A stretch of 64,000 nt of DNA from assembly GCA_031441465.1 (NCBI GenBank), contig JANOEP010000046.1:86922-150921 (forward strand). Reading direction: 5' to 3'. Below, in pieces: positions 49,314 to 58,078 of the stretch (positions are counted from its first letter, which is position 1; every line of letters starts with the position of its first letter). The notes beneath the pieces were generated by a model, which ran no database searches, had not been told where the DNA came from, and was given only the letters and a program-made list of their open reading frames with translations. The position numbers and the translations under genes are program-made. The stretch comes from a bacterium. Its GTDB lineage: Bacteria > Krumholzibacteriota > Krumholzibacteriia > LZORAL124-64-63.

Positions 49314-49341
49314 ACGCTAGCACAGAATCCGGGTCTGTCAA
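49314..49341 (-). promoter_or_regulatory. sigma70-type promoter of the nuo operon
   Basis: TTGACA-N16-TAGCGT with extended -10 TG. Confidence 0.6.
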
Positions 49342-49440
49342 CCACGCCACGGTACGAGGTGACGCTTGCTTCCGACCGGGCCGGGCCCTAGGCTCGCATC
49401 GACAATCTTTGGTCAACGGTCGTTCCGAAAGGTAGATCCG

Positions 49441-50346
49441 GTGATCGTATTTCTCAACGGAAAGTATCACGAAGCCCGGCAGGCCGTCATCGGACTGTTC
49501 GACGGGGGCTATCTTTACGGCGACGGCGTGTTCGAAACGATCCGCCTGTACGCCGGCCGGCCCTTCGACCTCGACGGGCACCTCGCCCGCCTGGCGAGCA
49601 ACCTGGTGGCGCTCGACTTCGCTTGGCGGCCCGAACCGGCGGTCCTGGCGGCGGTCGTCGCGGAACTGGTCCTGCGCAACGGGTTGTCGGGCCGCGACGC
49701 CCGTTGCCGCCTGACCGTCAGCCGCGGCGGCTCGCCCGACGACCCGCTGCCGTTGGACGACCTCGGCTCCCTCCCCCCCACCGTCTCGGCCTGGGTCGAA
49801 CCGCTCGGCGGGCACCTGGCCGCCTGGCAGCGGGACGGCGTGCCGGTCGCCGTGCTGAGCGAGGGCTTTCGCCGCGGCAATTCTCCCCGGATCAAATCGC
49901 TGAACTACCTGCCGACGGTGCTGGCCCTGCGCGAAGCCCGGCGCCGCGGCTGCGCCGAGGCCCTGATCTGCGACGAACAGGACCGCCTGCTCGAAGGCGC
50001 CACCAGCAACGTCTTCGTCGTCCGGGGAGGGCGGCTCGCGACGCCGCCGCTGTCGCGGGGCCTGCTCGGCGGCCGCACGCGCGCGCTCGTGATCGAGGCG
50101 GCGGCGCGGCTGGGCCTGGCTTGCCGCGAGAGCGACGTCACGGCGGCCGACGCCGCGGGCGCCGACGAGGTGTTCCTGTGCGGTTCGGTGAAGGAGATCG
50201 TGCCGGTGACGGCCATCGACGGCGTCGCGGTGGGCGGCGGCGTACCGGGGCCGGTCACGCGCCGCCTGCAGGAAGCCTACCGCCGAGGGGTCCGGGACTC
50301 CCTCGGCGGCGGCGCGGTCGATAGCGGGGACGGGTCGACGGTCTAG
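49441..50346 (+). CDS. Class IV PLP aminotransferase (IlvE/PabC/Dat family)
   Basis: GYLYGDGVFETIR, HLARL, IKSLNY (PLP Lys), EGATSNVF, LGGRTR. Confidence 0.9.
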   Translation: MIVFLNGKYHEARQAVIGLFDGGYLYGDGVFETIRLYAGRPFDLDGHLARLASNLVALDFAWRPEPAVLAAVVAELVLRNGLSGRDARCRLTVSRGGSPDDPLPLDDLGSLPPTVSAWVEPLGGHLAAWQRDGVPVAVLSEGFRRGNSPRIKSLNYLPTVLALREARRRGCAEALICDEQDRLLEGATSNVFVVRGGRLATPPLSRGLLGGRTRALVIEAAARLGLACRESDVTAADAAGADEVFLCGSVKEIVPVTAIDGVAVGGGVPGPVTRRLQEAYRRGVRDSLGGGAVDSGDGSTV

Positions 50347-50954
50347 TACTCGATCGCGTTGTAGTCGATGCGGGCGCTGTCGAGGTCGTTGCGGATCTGG
50401 CTCTGGGGGGGGCCGTCCTCGCGGCGCTCGGGCGGGGGGGCGTCCAGGGCCAGATGATCGCGCATCGTGCCGAGGTCGATGTACTCGTCCGAGACGGCGA
50501 TCAGGTCGGTGCTCGTCATCTCCCGCAGGGCGCAGACCTCCACGTGCTTGCCGTGGCGCCCGATGCTCTCGACCAAGCGCACGAAATCGCCGTCGCCGGA
50601 GCAGAGGATGACCGTATCGAGGCCCGGCAGCATCTCGTAGATGTCGATGGCGATATCGAGGTCGAGATTGCCCCGGAAGAAGCGCTGCTGCGTCTCGGCC
50701 TCGGTGAAGCTCCGCAATTCCTTGGTCACGACACGGAATCCGTTGAGCCTCAGGAAGTTGATGAAATCGATCTTCCCCTCGCTCTGGTTGGAGATGGCCG
50801 TGTAGAAGGTCGCGCGGATCAGGCGTCGGTCGCCGGCCAGGGCCTTGCACATCTTGATGTAGTCGAGCCGCATGTTCATGTGCTTGGCGCTGTAGTGGAT
50901 GTTCTCGCCATCGATGAAGATGGCGATCCTCTCGCTGGGATCGTGGCGATGCAT
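50343..50954 (-). CDS. NYN domain protein (LabA/DUF88 family)
   Basis: IFIDGENI, GNLDLDIAID, LCSGDGDF, STDLIAVSDEYIDL; TATAAT upstream at 50989-50994. Confidence 0.9.
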   Translation of the reverse strand: MHRHDPSERIAIFIDGENIHYSAKHMNMRLDYIKMCKALAGDRRLIRATFYTAISNQSEGKIDFINFLRLNGFRVVTKELRSFTEAETQQRFFRGNLDLDIAIDIYEMLPGLDTVILCSGDGDFVRLVESIGRHGKHVEVCALREMTSTDLIAVSDEYIDLGTMRDHLALDAPPPERREDGPPQSQIRNDLDSARIDYNAIEY

Positions 50955-51241
50955 CGTCGGGCCTTTCGTTGGATGTCGGAGTCGGGCGATTATACTTGCT
51001 TCCGGGCCCGCGATCATCGCCGCGGCCCGGCGATGGGGCGAATATAGGCGCGGGCACGGGCGTCGGCAACCGGCCCCGTCGAGTTCGTTGCCCGCCAAGG
51101 CGTATCGCCCCCGGCACGGCTGGAATTCCCCCGGCCGGAAGGCTATGTTCTCCCCCGTGGCCGGCCGCCGCGGCGCCGCCGGCCGCAACGCGAGTCCAGC
51201 GCCACACAAGTCCTGCGCCACCGCAGCCGGAGGGTCCGACC

Positions 51242-52960
51242 ATGAGCAAGCTCGTCGAGTGCGTCCCCAACATCAGCGAAGGCCGCGACCGGGCCGTCAT
51301 CGACGCCGTCACGGCCGTCGTCGCGGAGGTGGACGGCGTCGCGCTGCTGGACGTGGATCCGGGCGCGGAGACCAACCGCACCGTGATCACCTTCATCGGC
51401 ACGCCGGACGGCGTGGCCGAGGCCGCGTTCCGCGTGGTGAAGCGGGCTTCCGAACTCATCGACATGTCGCGCCACCACGGCGCCCACCCCCGCCACGGCG
51501 CCACCGACGTCTGCCCCTTCGTGCCGGTGCGGGACGTGACGATGGAGGAGTGCGCGCAGATCGCCCGTCTGGTCGGCGAACGGATCGGCCGCGAGCTGCA
51601 GATCCCGGTCTATCTCTACGAGAGCGCGGCCTCGCGCCCCGAACGCCGCAACCTCGCCGACGTGCGCAAGGGCGAGTACGAGGCGCTGCGCGACAAGCTC
51701 GGCACGGCGACCTGGGCCCCCGACTTCGGGCCCAACGTCTGGGACGAGCGCGCCGCGCGCACCGGCGCGACCAACGTGTCGGCCCGCGGCTTCCTGGTGG
51801 CCTACAACGTGAACCTCAACACCCGCAGCAAGAAGATCGCCGGGGAGATCGCCCTGGACATCAAGGAGGCCGGGCGCGCGCAGCGCGACACCGCCGGCAA
51901 GATCGTCAAGGACGCCGCCGGCCAGATCGTCCTGGCGCCGGGCCCCTACCGGCTGCCGGCCTGCAAGGCCGTGGGCTGGGTCATCCCGGAGTACGACCGG
52001 GCCCAGGTCTCGATCAACCTGGTCGACACCTCGACCACTCAGCCCCACCAGGCCTTCGAGGCCTGCCGCGCTTCGGCGCGGGGCCGCGGCGTGCGCGTGA
52101 CCGGCAGCGAACTCGTCGGGCTGATCCCCGAGGGCGATCTGCTGGCGGCCGGCCGCTTCTACCAGCGCCGGGCCGGGCTCTCCGCCGGCCTGCCCCGCCG
52201 CCAGCTCGTCGAGACGGCGATCCAGAGCCTCGGCCTGCGCGACCTCGGCCGCTTCGAAGCCGACGAGAAGATCATCGAGTACCGGGCGGGCCTGGTCGAC
52301 GGACCGCTGGTCGCGATGACCAACCGCGCGTTCCTGGACGAGTTGTCCACCGACTCTCCCGCCCCCGGCGGCGGTTCGGTGGCGGCGCTGTCGGCCGCGC
52401 AGTCGGCGGCGCTGTCGGCCATGGTCGCCAACCTCACCGTCGGCAAGTCCGGCTACGAGGCGGCGCAGGCGCGCTGCTTCGAGATCGCCGAGCGCGGTCA
52501 GGACCTGAAGGACCGCCTGCTGCGGGCCATGGACGACGACACCGCGGCCTTCAACCAGGTCATGGCGGCCTTCGGTCTGCCCCGCAAGACGCCCCCGGAG
52601 CAGCAGCAGCGCAGCCTCGCGGTGGCGGCGGCCACGCGTGGGGCCACGTCGGTGCCGTTGGCCGTGCTCGAGGCCTGCCCCGAACTGCTGGAGCTGGCCG
52701 GGGAGATCGCGCGGATCGGCAACGCCAACTCGCTGTCCGACGCGGGCGTCGCCGCCCTGACGGCCCTGGCGGGTGCCGAGGGCGCGTACTACAACGTGCT
52801 GATCAACGTGGCGTCGCTGAAGGACCTCGACCAGGGGGCGGCGCCGCAGTTCGCCGCCGATGCGCGGGCGCGGGCCGAGAAGGCGCTGGCGCGGTGCGAG
52901 GAGCTGGCGGCGGCGGTGCGGCGCGAGGTTCGGGGGCGGCTGGCTGCCGCGCTCGGCTGA
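51242..52960 (+). CDS. ftcD: Bifunctional glutamate formimidoyltransferase/formimidoyl-THF cyclodeaminase
   Basis: LVECVPNISEGR, HGAHPRHGATDVCPFVP, R.GEYEAL; C-terminal SPAPGGGSVAAL, GNANSLSDAGVA, AYYNVLIN. Confidence 0.94.
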   Translation: MSKLVECVPNISEGRDRAVIDAVTAVVAEVDGVALLDVDPGAETNRTVITFIGTPDGVAEAAFRVVKRASELIDMSRHHGAHPRHGATDVCPFVPVRDVTMEECAQIARLVGERIGRELQIPVYLYESAASRPERRNLADVRKGEYEALRDKLGTATWAPDFGPNVWDERAARTGATNVSARGFLVAYNVNLNTRSKKIAGEIALDIKEAGRAQRDTAGKIVKDAAGQIVLAPGPYRLPACKAVGWVIPEYDRAQVSINLVDTSTTQPHQAFEACRASARGRGVRVTGSELVGLIPEGDLLAAGRFYQRRAGLSAGLPRRQLVETAIQSLGLRDLGRFEADEKIIEYRAGLVDGPLVAMTNRAFLDELSTDSPAPGGGSVAALSAAQSAALSAMVANLTVGKSGYEAAQARCFEIAERGQDLKDRLLRAMDDDTAAFNQVMAAFGLPRKTPPEQQQRSLAVAAATRGATSVPLAVLEACPELLELAGEIARIGNANSLSDAGVAALTALAGAEGAYYNVLINVASLKDLDQGAAPQFAADARARAEKALARCEELAAAVRREVRGRLAAALG

Positions 52961-52981
52961 CCCCACCCGCAGTCACGCAGT

Positions 52982-53009
52982 AGGCCGGCGTCCCGCGGGA
53001 TGCCGGCCT
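52982..53009. terminator. Hairpin between convergent genes
   Basis: AGGCCGGCGTCC-CGCG-GGATGCCGGCCT, a 12-bp stem with one G-U pair. Confidence 0.55.
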
Positions 53010-53028
53010 CGTGCGTCGATCGATCGGG

Positions 53029-53706
53029 TCACCGGAAGAGCGCCTTCACGTCGCCCCAGCCCGCGGAGCCGACACCCACCTCCAGCCCGTCGAGGGCGAA
53101 CGCGCCGGTCGTGAGGTCCACGAACATCAGCCCCGCGTCGGCGGCCCTGCCGGTGAACGTGCCGCTGCAGCCGAGGGCCGTGGCGTCCCCGACGTGCACC
53201 GAGCCGCTGATCGCCAGGAAAAGGTGCTCGTAGGTCACGCTGCCGAGCCATTGCGACGGGTCGAAGTCGCCGGGGTCCTCGGGCGGCATGAAGTCGGAGA
53301 TCCCGTCGACGAAGGCGAAGAGGACCGTGCGGCCCAGGACGTCGACAGCGTAATCGCCGGGCGGCAGCTCCGCGCCCGGCTTGCGCACCCAGAGCAGGGC
53401 CAGGTCCACGGTCAGGTCCGGTGCCAGGACGGCGGCGTACCAGAACGCCGTCGTGGTGTCCTGGGCCGTCGTGTACAGGCCGCCTACGGCCTGCTCGAAG
53501 GCGCCGGGCACCAACGGGCCGTCGAACAGCGTGCCCGTCGCCTGGAAATTCCCCGCGTAGGAGCCGAAGGGCCATTGCTGGTAGTGGAAGGAGACGGTGC
53601 CCCCCACGTACGGAGCGGAGACCGGGGGCTGGGCGAACGCCGCCGCGGCCAGCATCAGGGAGATCAGGACTGTCGACGCGATGCGGTCATGACCGAGCCA
53701 GCGCAT
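53029..53706 (-). CDS. Secreted hypothetical protein with C-terminal WGDVKALFR motif
   Basis: GGAGG SD; signal peptide ending AAAFA; beta-rich body; terminal GWGDVKALFR. Confidence 0.75.
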   Translation of the reverse strand: MRWLGHDRIASTVLISLMLAAAAFAQPPVSAPYVGGTVSFHYQQWPFGSYAGNFQATGTLFDGPLVPGAFEQAVGGLYTTAQDTTTAFWYAAVLAPDLTVDLALLWVRKPGAELPPGDYAVDVLGRTVLFAFVDGISDFMPPEDPGDFDPSQWLGSVTYEHLFLAISGSVHVGDATALGCSGTFTGRAADAGLMFVDLTTGAFALDGLEVGVGSAGWGDVKALFR

Positions 53707-53748
53707 GGGTGCCTCCGTGTGTCGGAATCGGGAAGGTGAACGCCCACG

Positions 53749-53777
53749 AGGATACCATGCCCGTCGCCGCTCGTCAG
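53749..53777 (-). promoter_or_regulatory. sigma70-type promoter for the secreted hypothetical gene
   Basis: CTGACG-N17-TATCCT with extended -10 TG. Confidence 0.5.
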
Positions 53778-53797
53778 CCCCGCCCCCCCCTTTCCCG

Positions 53798-53826
53798 TTG
53801 CAATCCGCCTCGCAACTCCCTAATCT
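53798..53826 (+). promoter_or_regulatory. sigma70-type promoter for the MFS gene
   Basis: TTGCAA-N17-TAATCT. Confidence 0.6.
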
Positions 53827-53925
53827 GACGGGAGTTTCTCGTCACGACGCCGCGCGGCGATCAGCGCCCCGGCGCTCCCGGCCCGGCGACACGCCGCCCC
53901 CCCAACGGAAAGGCTGGCCTGCCCT

Positions 53926-55488
53926 ATGTCAGCACCCACCCCGTCCACCCAGCAGAGCCCGCTGCGCGAGATCCTGCAGCCCTTCGTCGACCTCGTGCAC
54001 GCCCCGCGGGCGCTCTGGGGGATCAACCTCGCCTACTTCATCGAGGGCTGGGTCTACTTCGGCATGCTGGGCTACCTGGCGATGCACTTCTCGGACTTCA
54101 TTTTCGAGGGCGTGCCGAACAACGACATCCACTCGCACCACATGGTCATGGTGCTGACCGCCGGCATCACGATCTCGATGTTCTTCCTGGGCTCGATCGC
54201 CGACCGCAAGGGCATCCGCCGCACGCTGCTGACGGCCTTCGTGTTCCTGCTGGCCGGGCGCATCGTGATGAGCGCCGCGCCGTCGGTGTTCCCCGATACG
54301 GGCCTCTGGTCGCCGCTGCACCTGATGACCATGGGCGGCATCCTGCTGGTGGTCGTCGGCTACGGCATGTACATGCCGGCCGCCTACGCCGGCGTGCGCA
54401 AGTTCACCAGCCCCAAGACCGCGGCCATGGGCTACGCCATGCTCTACGCGCTGATGAACCTGGGCGGCTGGTTCCCTTCGTTCATGAGCGACGTGCGCCA
54501 TTCCGTCGGCATCACCGGCGCCTACTGGTTCTACACGTCGCTGACGGTGCTGGCGTTGCTGGCGACCCTCTTCATCCTGACGCGCAAGGTCGAGCTGGCC
54601 GCCATCGCGCGCATCGAGAAGGAGAACGAGCAGGAGCGTCTGTCGGCGGGCCGCGCCGTCGACACCGCCGAGCAGACGGCGGCCAAGGCCCTGGAGGCCT
54701 TCGATCCCGACCGCCGCGTGCCGGCGCACCTGTGGGTCACCCTGCTGGTGATCGCCGCCAGCATCTACTTCCTGCCCGCCACCGCGCGGCTGGCCGTGTG
54801 GGCCGTGATGGGGACAGCCGTCCTGGTGCTGACGCTGTACCGGAGATGGGGCCTGCCCGCCTACCGCTGGTTGGCCAACCACCCCCTGTCGGACACCAAG
54901 TTCTTCTTCTTCATCTTCGCCCTGATCCCCGTGCAGACCCTGTTCACCTACAACTGGCTGGTGCTGCCCCAGTACTTCTCGCGCGCGTTCGAGGGCGTCG
55001 TGAGCACGCGCTTCGAGCTGTTCTCGAATCTCAACCCGATCCTGATCTTCATCGCGGTGCCCATCGTCACCGCGCTGACCCAGAAGAAGAAGATCTACAA
55101 CATGATGATGCTCGGCACCTTCGTGATGGCGGCGCCGGCCTTCCTGCTGGCCCTCGGGACCAACATGTGGCTGGTGCTCTCGTTCCTGTTCATCACGACG
55201 ATGGGCGAGGCGATGTGGCAGCCGCGCTTCCTGCAGTACGCGGCCGAGATCGCCCCGGAGGGCCGCACCGGCGCCTACATGGGCGTGGCCCAGTTCCCCT
55301 GGTTCCTGACCAAGATGCTCGTGCCGCTGTACTCCGGCGCGATGATCCAGCGCTACTGCCCCGCCGAGGGCCCCCGCGAACCGCAGACCATGTGGCTCTA
55401 CTACGCGATGATCGCCATGGTCTCGACGGTCCTGCTGGTCGCCGCCAAGGGCTGGGCCGGCAAGGATTTCAAGACCAAGTCCGCGTGA
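53926..55488 (+). CDS. MFS transporter (peptide/POT-like)
   Basis: About 14 hydrophobic segments; GSIADRKGIRR motif A, YALMNLG, GEAMWQPR, APEGRTGAYMG. Confidence 0.85.
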   Translation: MSAPTPSTQQSPLREILQPFVDLVHAPRALWGINLAYFIEGWVYFGMLGYLAMHFSDFIFEGVPNNDIHSHHMVMVLTAGITISMFFLGSIADRKGIRRTLLTAFVFLLAGRIVMSAAPSVFPDTGLWSPLHLMTMGGILLVVVGYGMYMPAAYAGVRKFTSPKTAAMGYAMLYALMNLGGWFPSFMSDVRHSVGITGAYWFYTSLTVLALLATLFILTRKVELAAIARIEKENEQERLSAGRAVDTAEQTAAKALEAFDPDRRVPAHLWVTLLVIAASIYFLPATARLAVWAVMGTAVLVLTLYRRWGLPAYRWLANHPLSDTKFFFFIFALIPVQTLFTYNWLVLPQYFSRAFEGVVSTRFELFSNLNPILIFIAVPIVTALTQKKKIYNMMMLGTFVMAAPAFLLALGTNMWLVLSFLFITTMGEAMWQPRFLQYAAEIAPEGRTGAYMGVAQFPWFLTKMLVPLYSGAMIQRYCPAEGPREPQTMWLYYAMIAMVSTVLLVAAKGWAGKDFKTKSA

Positions 55489-55513
55489 CCGCCGCGGGTC
55501 CCGGACGCGAGGA

Positions 55514-55535
55514 GGGCGCCCCCCGCGGGGCGCCC
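55514..55535. terminator. Hairpin between convergent MFS and tyrosine kinase genes
   Basis: GGGCGCCCC-CCGC-GGGGCGCCC, a 9-bp stem. Confidence 0.5.
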
Positions 55536-55569
55536 CCCTTCCGATCTGCGGGCCGCCGCAACCGGCCGC

Positions 55570-56283
55570 TCAATCGCCCCTGGTACCCTCGCGACGCTCC
55601 CCGTACCCGTAATACTTGTGGTCGAAGTAGTAGGGCAGCACCTCGCCGAGGTTGTTGGCGACCACGCCGATGATGTTCGTGCCGACGCTGCGCAGGATGC
55701 CCACGCCGCGCTCGCACAGGTCGCGCGGCGTGCGCCCGACCATCACCAGGTAGATGGCGCCGTCGCAGACCTCGACGAACTGCAGGGGGTCGCTGACCGG
55801 GACGACGGGCGGGCAGTCGAGCACCACCACGTCGTAGTCCTGCTTCAACGCGTCGAAGACGCGGCGCACGCGTCCCTCCTGCAGCAACAGACTGGGGTTC
55901 TCGCCGGCGCGGCCGGCCGGCAGGAAGTCCAGGTTCGCCAGGTGGGTCTTGCGCGGCGCGACCGGCGATTCGCTCCCGCTCAGGAATTCCGCCAGGCCCG
56001 GGTGCAGGGGCAGATTGAAGACCGTGTGCTGCACGGGCCGGCGCATGTCGCCGTCGACCAGCAGGATCCGCTTCTGCATGTGATGGGCCAGCACCTGCGA
56101 GAAGTGCAGGGCGAACAGGCTCTTGCCTTCACCGCGCTCCGAGCTGGTGATCATGATGCAGCGCTTGCGTTCGAGATCCAGCTCCCGGTTCAGGCGGATC
56201 ATCACGCGGCGCAATTCGATCGCCAGGGGCGATTCGTTGTCGAAGCCCGGCCGCCGGCTCGGTTTCTTGGAGAGGAACGCCAT
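55570..56283 (-). CDS. CpsD/CapB-family bacterial tyrosine kinase
   Basis: ITSSERGEGKS (Walker A), LLVDGDMRRP, VVLDCPP, C-terminal Tyr cluster YYFDHKYYGY. Confidence 0.9.
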   Translation of the reverse strand: MAFLSKKPSRRPGFDNESPLAIELRRVMIRLNRELDLERKRCIMITSSERGEGKSLFALHFSQVLAHHMQKRILLVDGDMRRPVQHTVFNLPLHPGLAEFLSGSESPVAPRKTHLANLDFLPAGRAGENPSLLLQEGRVRRVFDALKQDYDVVVLDCPPVVPVSDPLQFVEVCDGAIYLVMVGRTPRDLCERGVGILRSVGTNIIGVVANNLGEVLPYYFDHKYYGYGERREGTRGD

Positions 56284-56301
56284 GTCTTCCCTTCGCCTTG
56301 C

Positions 56302-57909
56302 CTACGCCAGCCGCGGGTAGAGCCACAGGAACCCGACCGCCGCCAGGGCCAGGATCGAGACCACGATCAGGACCCACAACAGGACCCGTCGGCGGCGGAT
56401 CTTCTTGAACGGCGCGCCCTCGGTCACCACCGGCAGGGTGCCGATGACCTTCAACCCCAGCACGCGCTCGATCTGCCGCACGGACTTGAAGGAGCGGTCC
56501 ATCATCTCGGCCACGACCACCAGGCCGATCCCGATGGCCAGGGCCAGCGCGAATCCCATCAGGCTGAGCTTGTTCTTGTCGGGCTCGATGGGCGAGGCGG
56601 GCCGGCGCGGGCTGCGGTACACCTCGATCCGGTAGCCGATCTCGGACATGCTGGCCGCGAGGCTGATGTTCTCCCGGTTGATGTCCTGCCCGATCGTGCG
56701 CAGCAGTTCCTGCGCGGCCTCGACGTCGCGCTGGAGGCCGGCCAGCGTGGCGGCCTGCTCCGGTTGCCGGGTCATGAAGTTGCGGTAGTCCTGGACGTAG
56801 CCGGCGACGGCGCGGGCGACGGCGTCGTGGACATCCGCGTAGAGCAACCAGAAGATGTACTGGGAGACCGCCCCCTGCCCGGCGGCCGCGAGGCTGGGGT
56901 ACTCGGCGCGCACGCGCGCGCGCAGTTTCGTGTCCAGCTCGAGGCGCTTGGTGCCCACGAAGTTCTGCTGCTCGACGGCGGTGCGGGCGCCGGTCAGCTG
57001 GGCTTCCTCGGCGGCGATCTCCAGGGCGATCATCTCGCGCACGAAACCCGCGAACTCGGGCTCCGCGCGCATCTGGTTCGCCAGCTGCTCCGAGGCCGGC
57101 AGCACGGCCCGCGACTCGGACAGGCGCTGCGGCAGGGTCTGCTGACGGTTGTCGCGCGCCTGGTGCTCGAGCCGGCTGCGGGCGATCTCGGCCTGGGCCA
57201 GGTTCTGCTCGCCGACGGGATTGCCCGCCAGCGAACTGGAGAGCATCGAGCGCTGGTACTGGGTCAGGCGGCGCTGGGCTTCCGCGAGGTTGTTCTCGTA
57301 GTTCTCGCGCTGCTCGGTGAGGAAGTCGCGCGTGGTCGTCGAGCGCGACTGGCGGCTCTCCTGCTCTTCCTGGACGAATCTGGTGAGGATCTCCTGGGCG
57401 ATCCTGTAGGCGTGGTCCGGGTTGGAATGGCGCACGCCGATGCGGAAGATGTGCGTGTCGTCGTTGTCGATGCGGATCCAGCGGTTGAGGCTGCTGACCA
57501 GGGCTTCGACCGGATCGCGGCCGGCGGCCTGGATGTCGAGCCGGTCCTGCGCCGTCAGCAGGTCCGAGGACTGCAGGTCCATCTCGCGCACCAGCCGATC
57601 GAGGAAGCGCGGGCTGGTGATGATCGAACGGATCAGGATCATCGTCTCGGCGTCGGCTTCCTTGGAGCGGGTGTACCTGGGCATGCCCTCGCTCAGGGTG
57701 CGCGAGGTCGTCTGCTCGGCGAGCACCTTGATCTGGCCGCCGGCGTAGTAGACCGGCTCCATGGTGCGGATCGCCACGTAGGCCATGCCGAGGCAGAGCC
57801 CGAACGGCACGATGAACAGCCACTTGCGGCGCACGAAGGTGCGCAGCAGGTCCGCCGGGTTGAACCCGCCGCCCTGCTGCTCGTCGTCCAGATAGGGATC
57901 CGTCGCCAC
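56302..57909 (-). CDS. Polysaccharide co-polymerase/chain-length determinant (GumC/Wzc N-terminal-like)
   Basis: N-terminal TM after RRKWLF, long coiled coil, PxxPxxP before the second TM, DRSFKS...LGLKVIGTLP; GAGGGAG SD before GTG 57909. Confidence 0.85.
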   Translation of the reverse strand: MATDPYLDDEQQGGGFNPADLLRTFVRRKWLFIVPFGLCLGMAYVAIRTMEPVYYAGGQIKVLAEQTTSRTLSEGMPRYTRSKEADAETMILIRSIITSPRFLDRLVREMDLQSSDLLTAQDRLDIQAAGRDPVEALVSSLNRWIRIDNDDTHIFRIGVRHSNPDHAYRIAQEILTRFVQEEQESRQSRSTTTRDFLTEQRENYENNLAEAQRRLTQYQRSMLSSSLAGNPVGEQNLAQAEIARSRLEHQARDNRQQTLPQRLSESRAVLPASEQLANQMRAEPEFAGFVREMIALEIAAEEAQLTGARTAVEQQNFVGTKRLELDTKLRARVRAEYPSLAAAGQGAVSQYIFWLLYADVHDAVARAVAGYVQDYRNFMTRQPEQAATLAGLQRDVEAAQELLRTIGQDINRENISLAASMSEIGYRIEVYRSPRRPASPIEPDKNKLSLMGFALALAIGIGLVVVAEMMDRSFKSVRQIERVLGLKVIGTLPVVTEGAPFKKIRRRRVLLWVLIVVSILALAAVGFLWLYPRLA

Positions 57910-57966
57910 GTCGCTCCCTCGTCGTCGGGGTCCGGGTCCGGCCGGCGGCCGGTGGAAATCCCGTCC

Positions 57967-57995
57967 AAAGTAGCCCAAGATCGCGATCCGTTCAA
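57967..57995 (-). promoter_or_regulatory. sigma70-type promoter for the co-polymerase/kinase pair
   Basis: TTGAAC-N17-TACTTT. Confidence 0.55.
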
Positions 57996-58078
57996 CGGCG
58001 CATCCTGCAGGCGTCGCGGAGACTCCAACGCGGGCGGGGCGGGTCCGTTCCCTGCTCGGCGGACCACGGAGGTGCGCC

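Noticed and set aside
50343..50954. NYN protein as a defence or toxin system
   Set aside because: Stand-alone LabA/DUF88-type gene among housekeeping genes, with no partner or mobile context.
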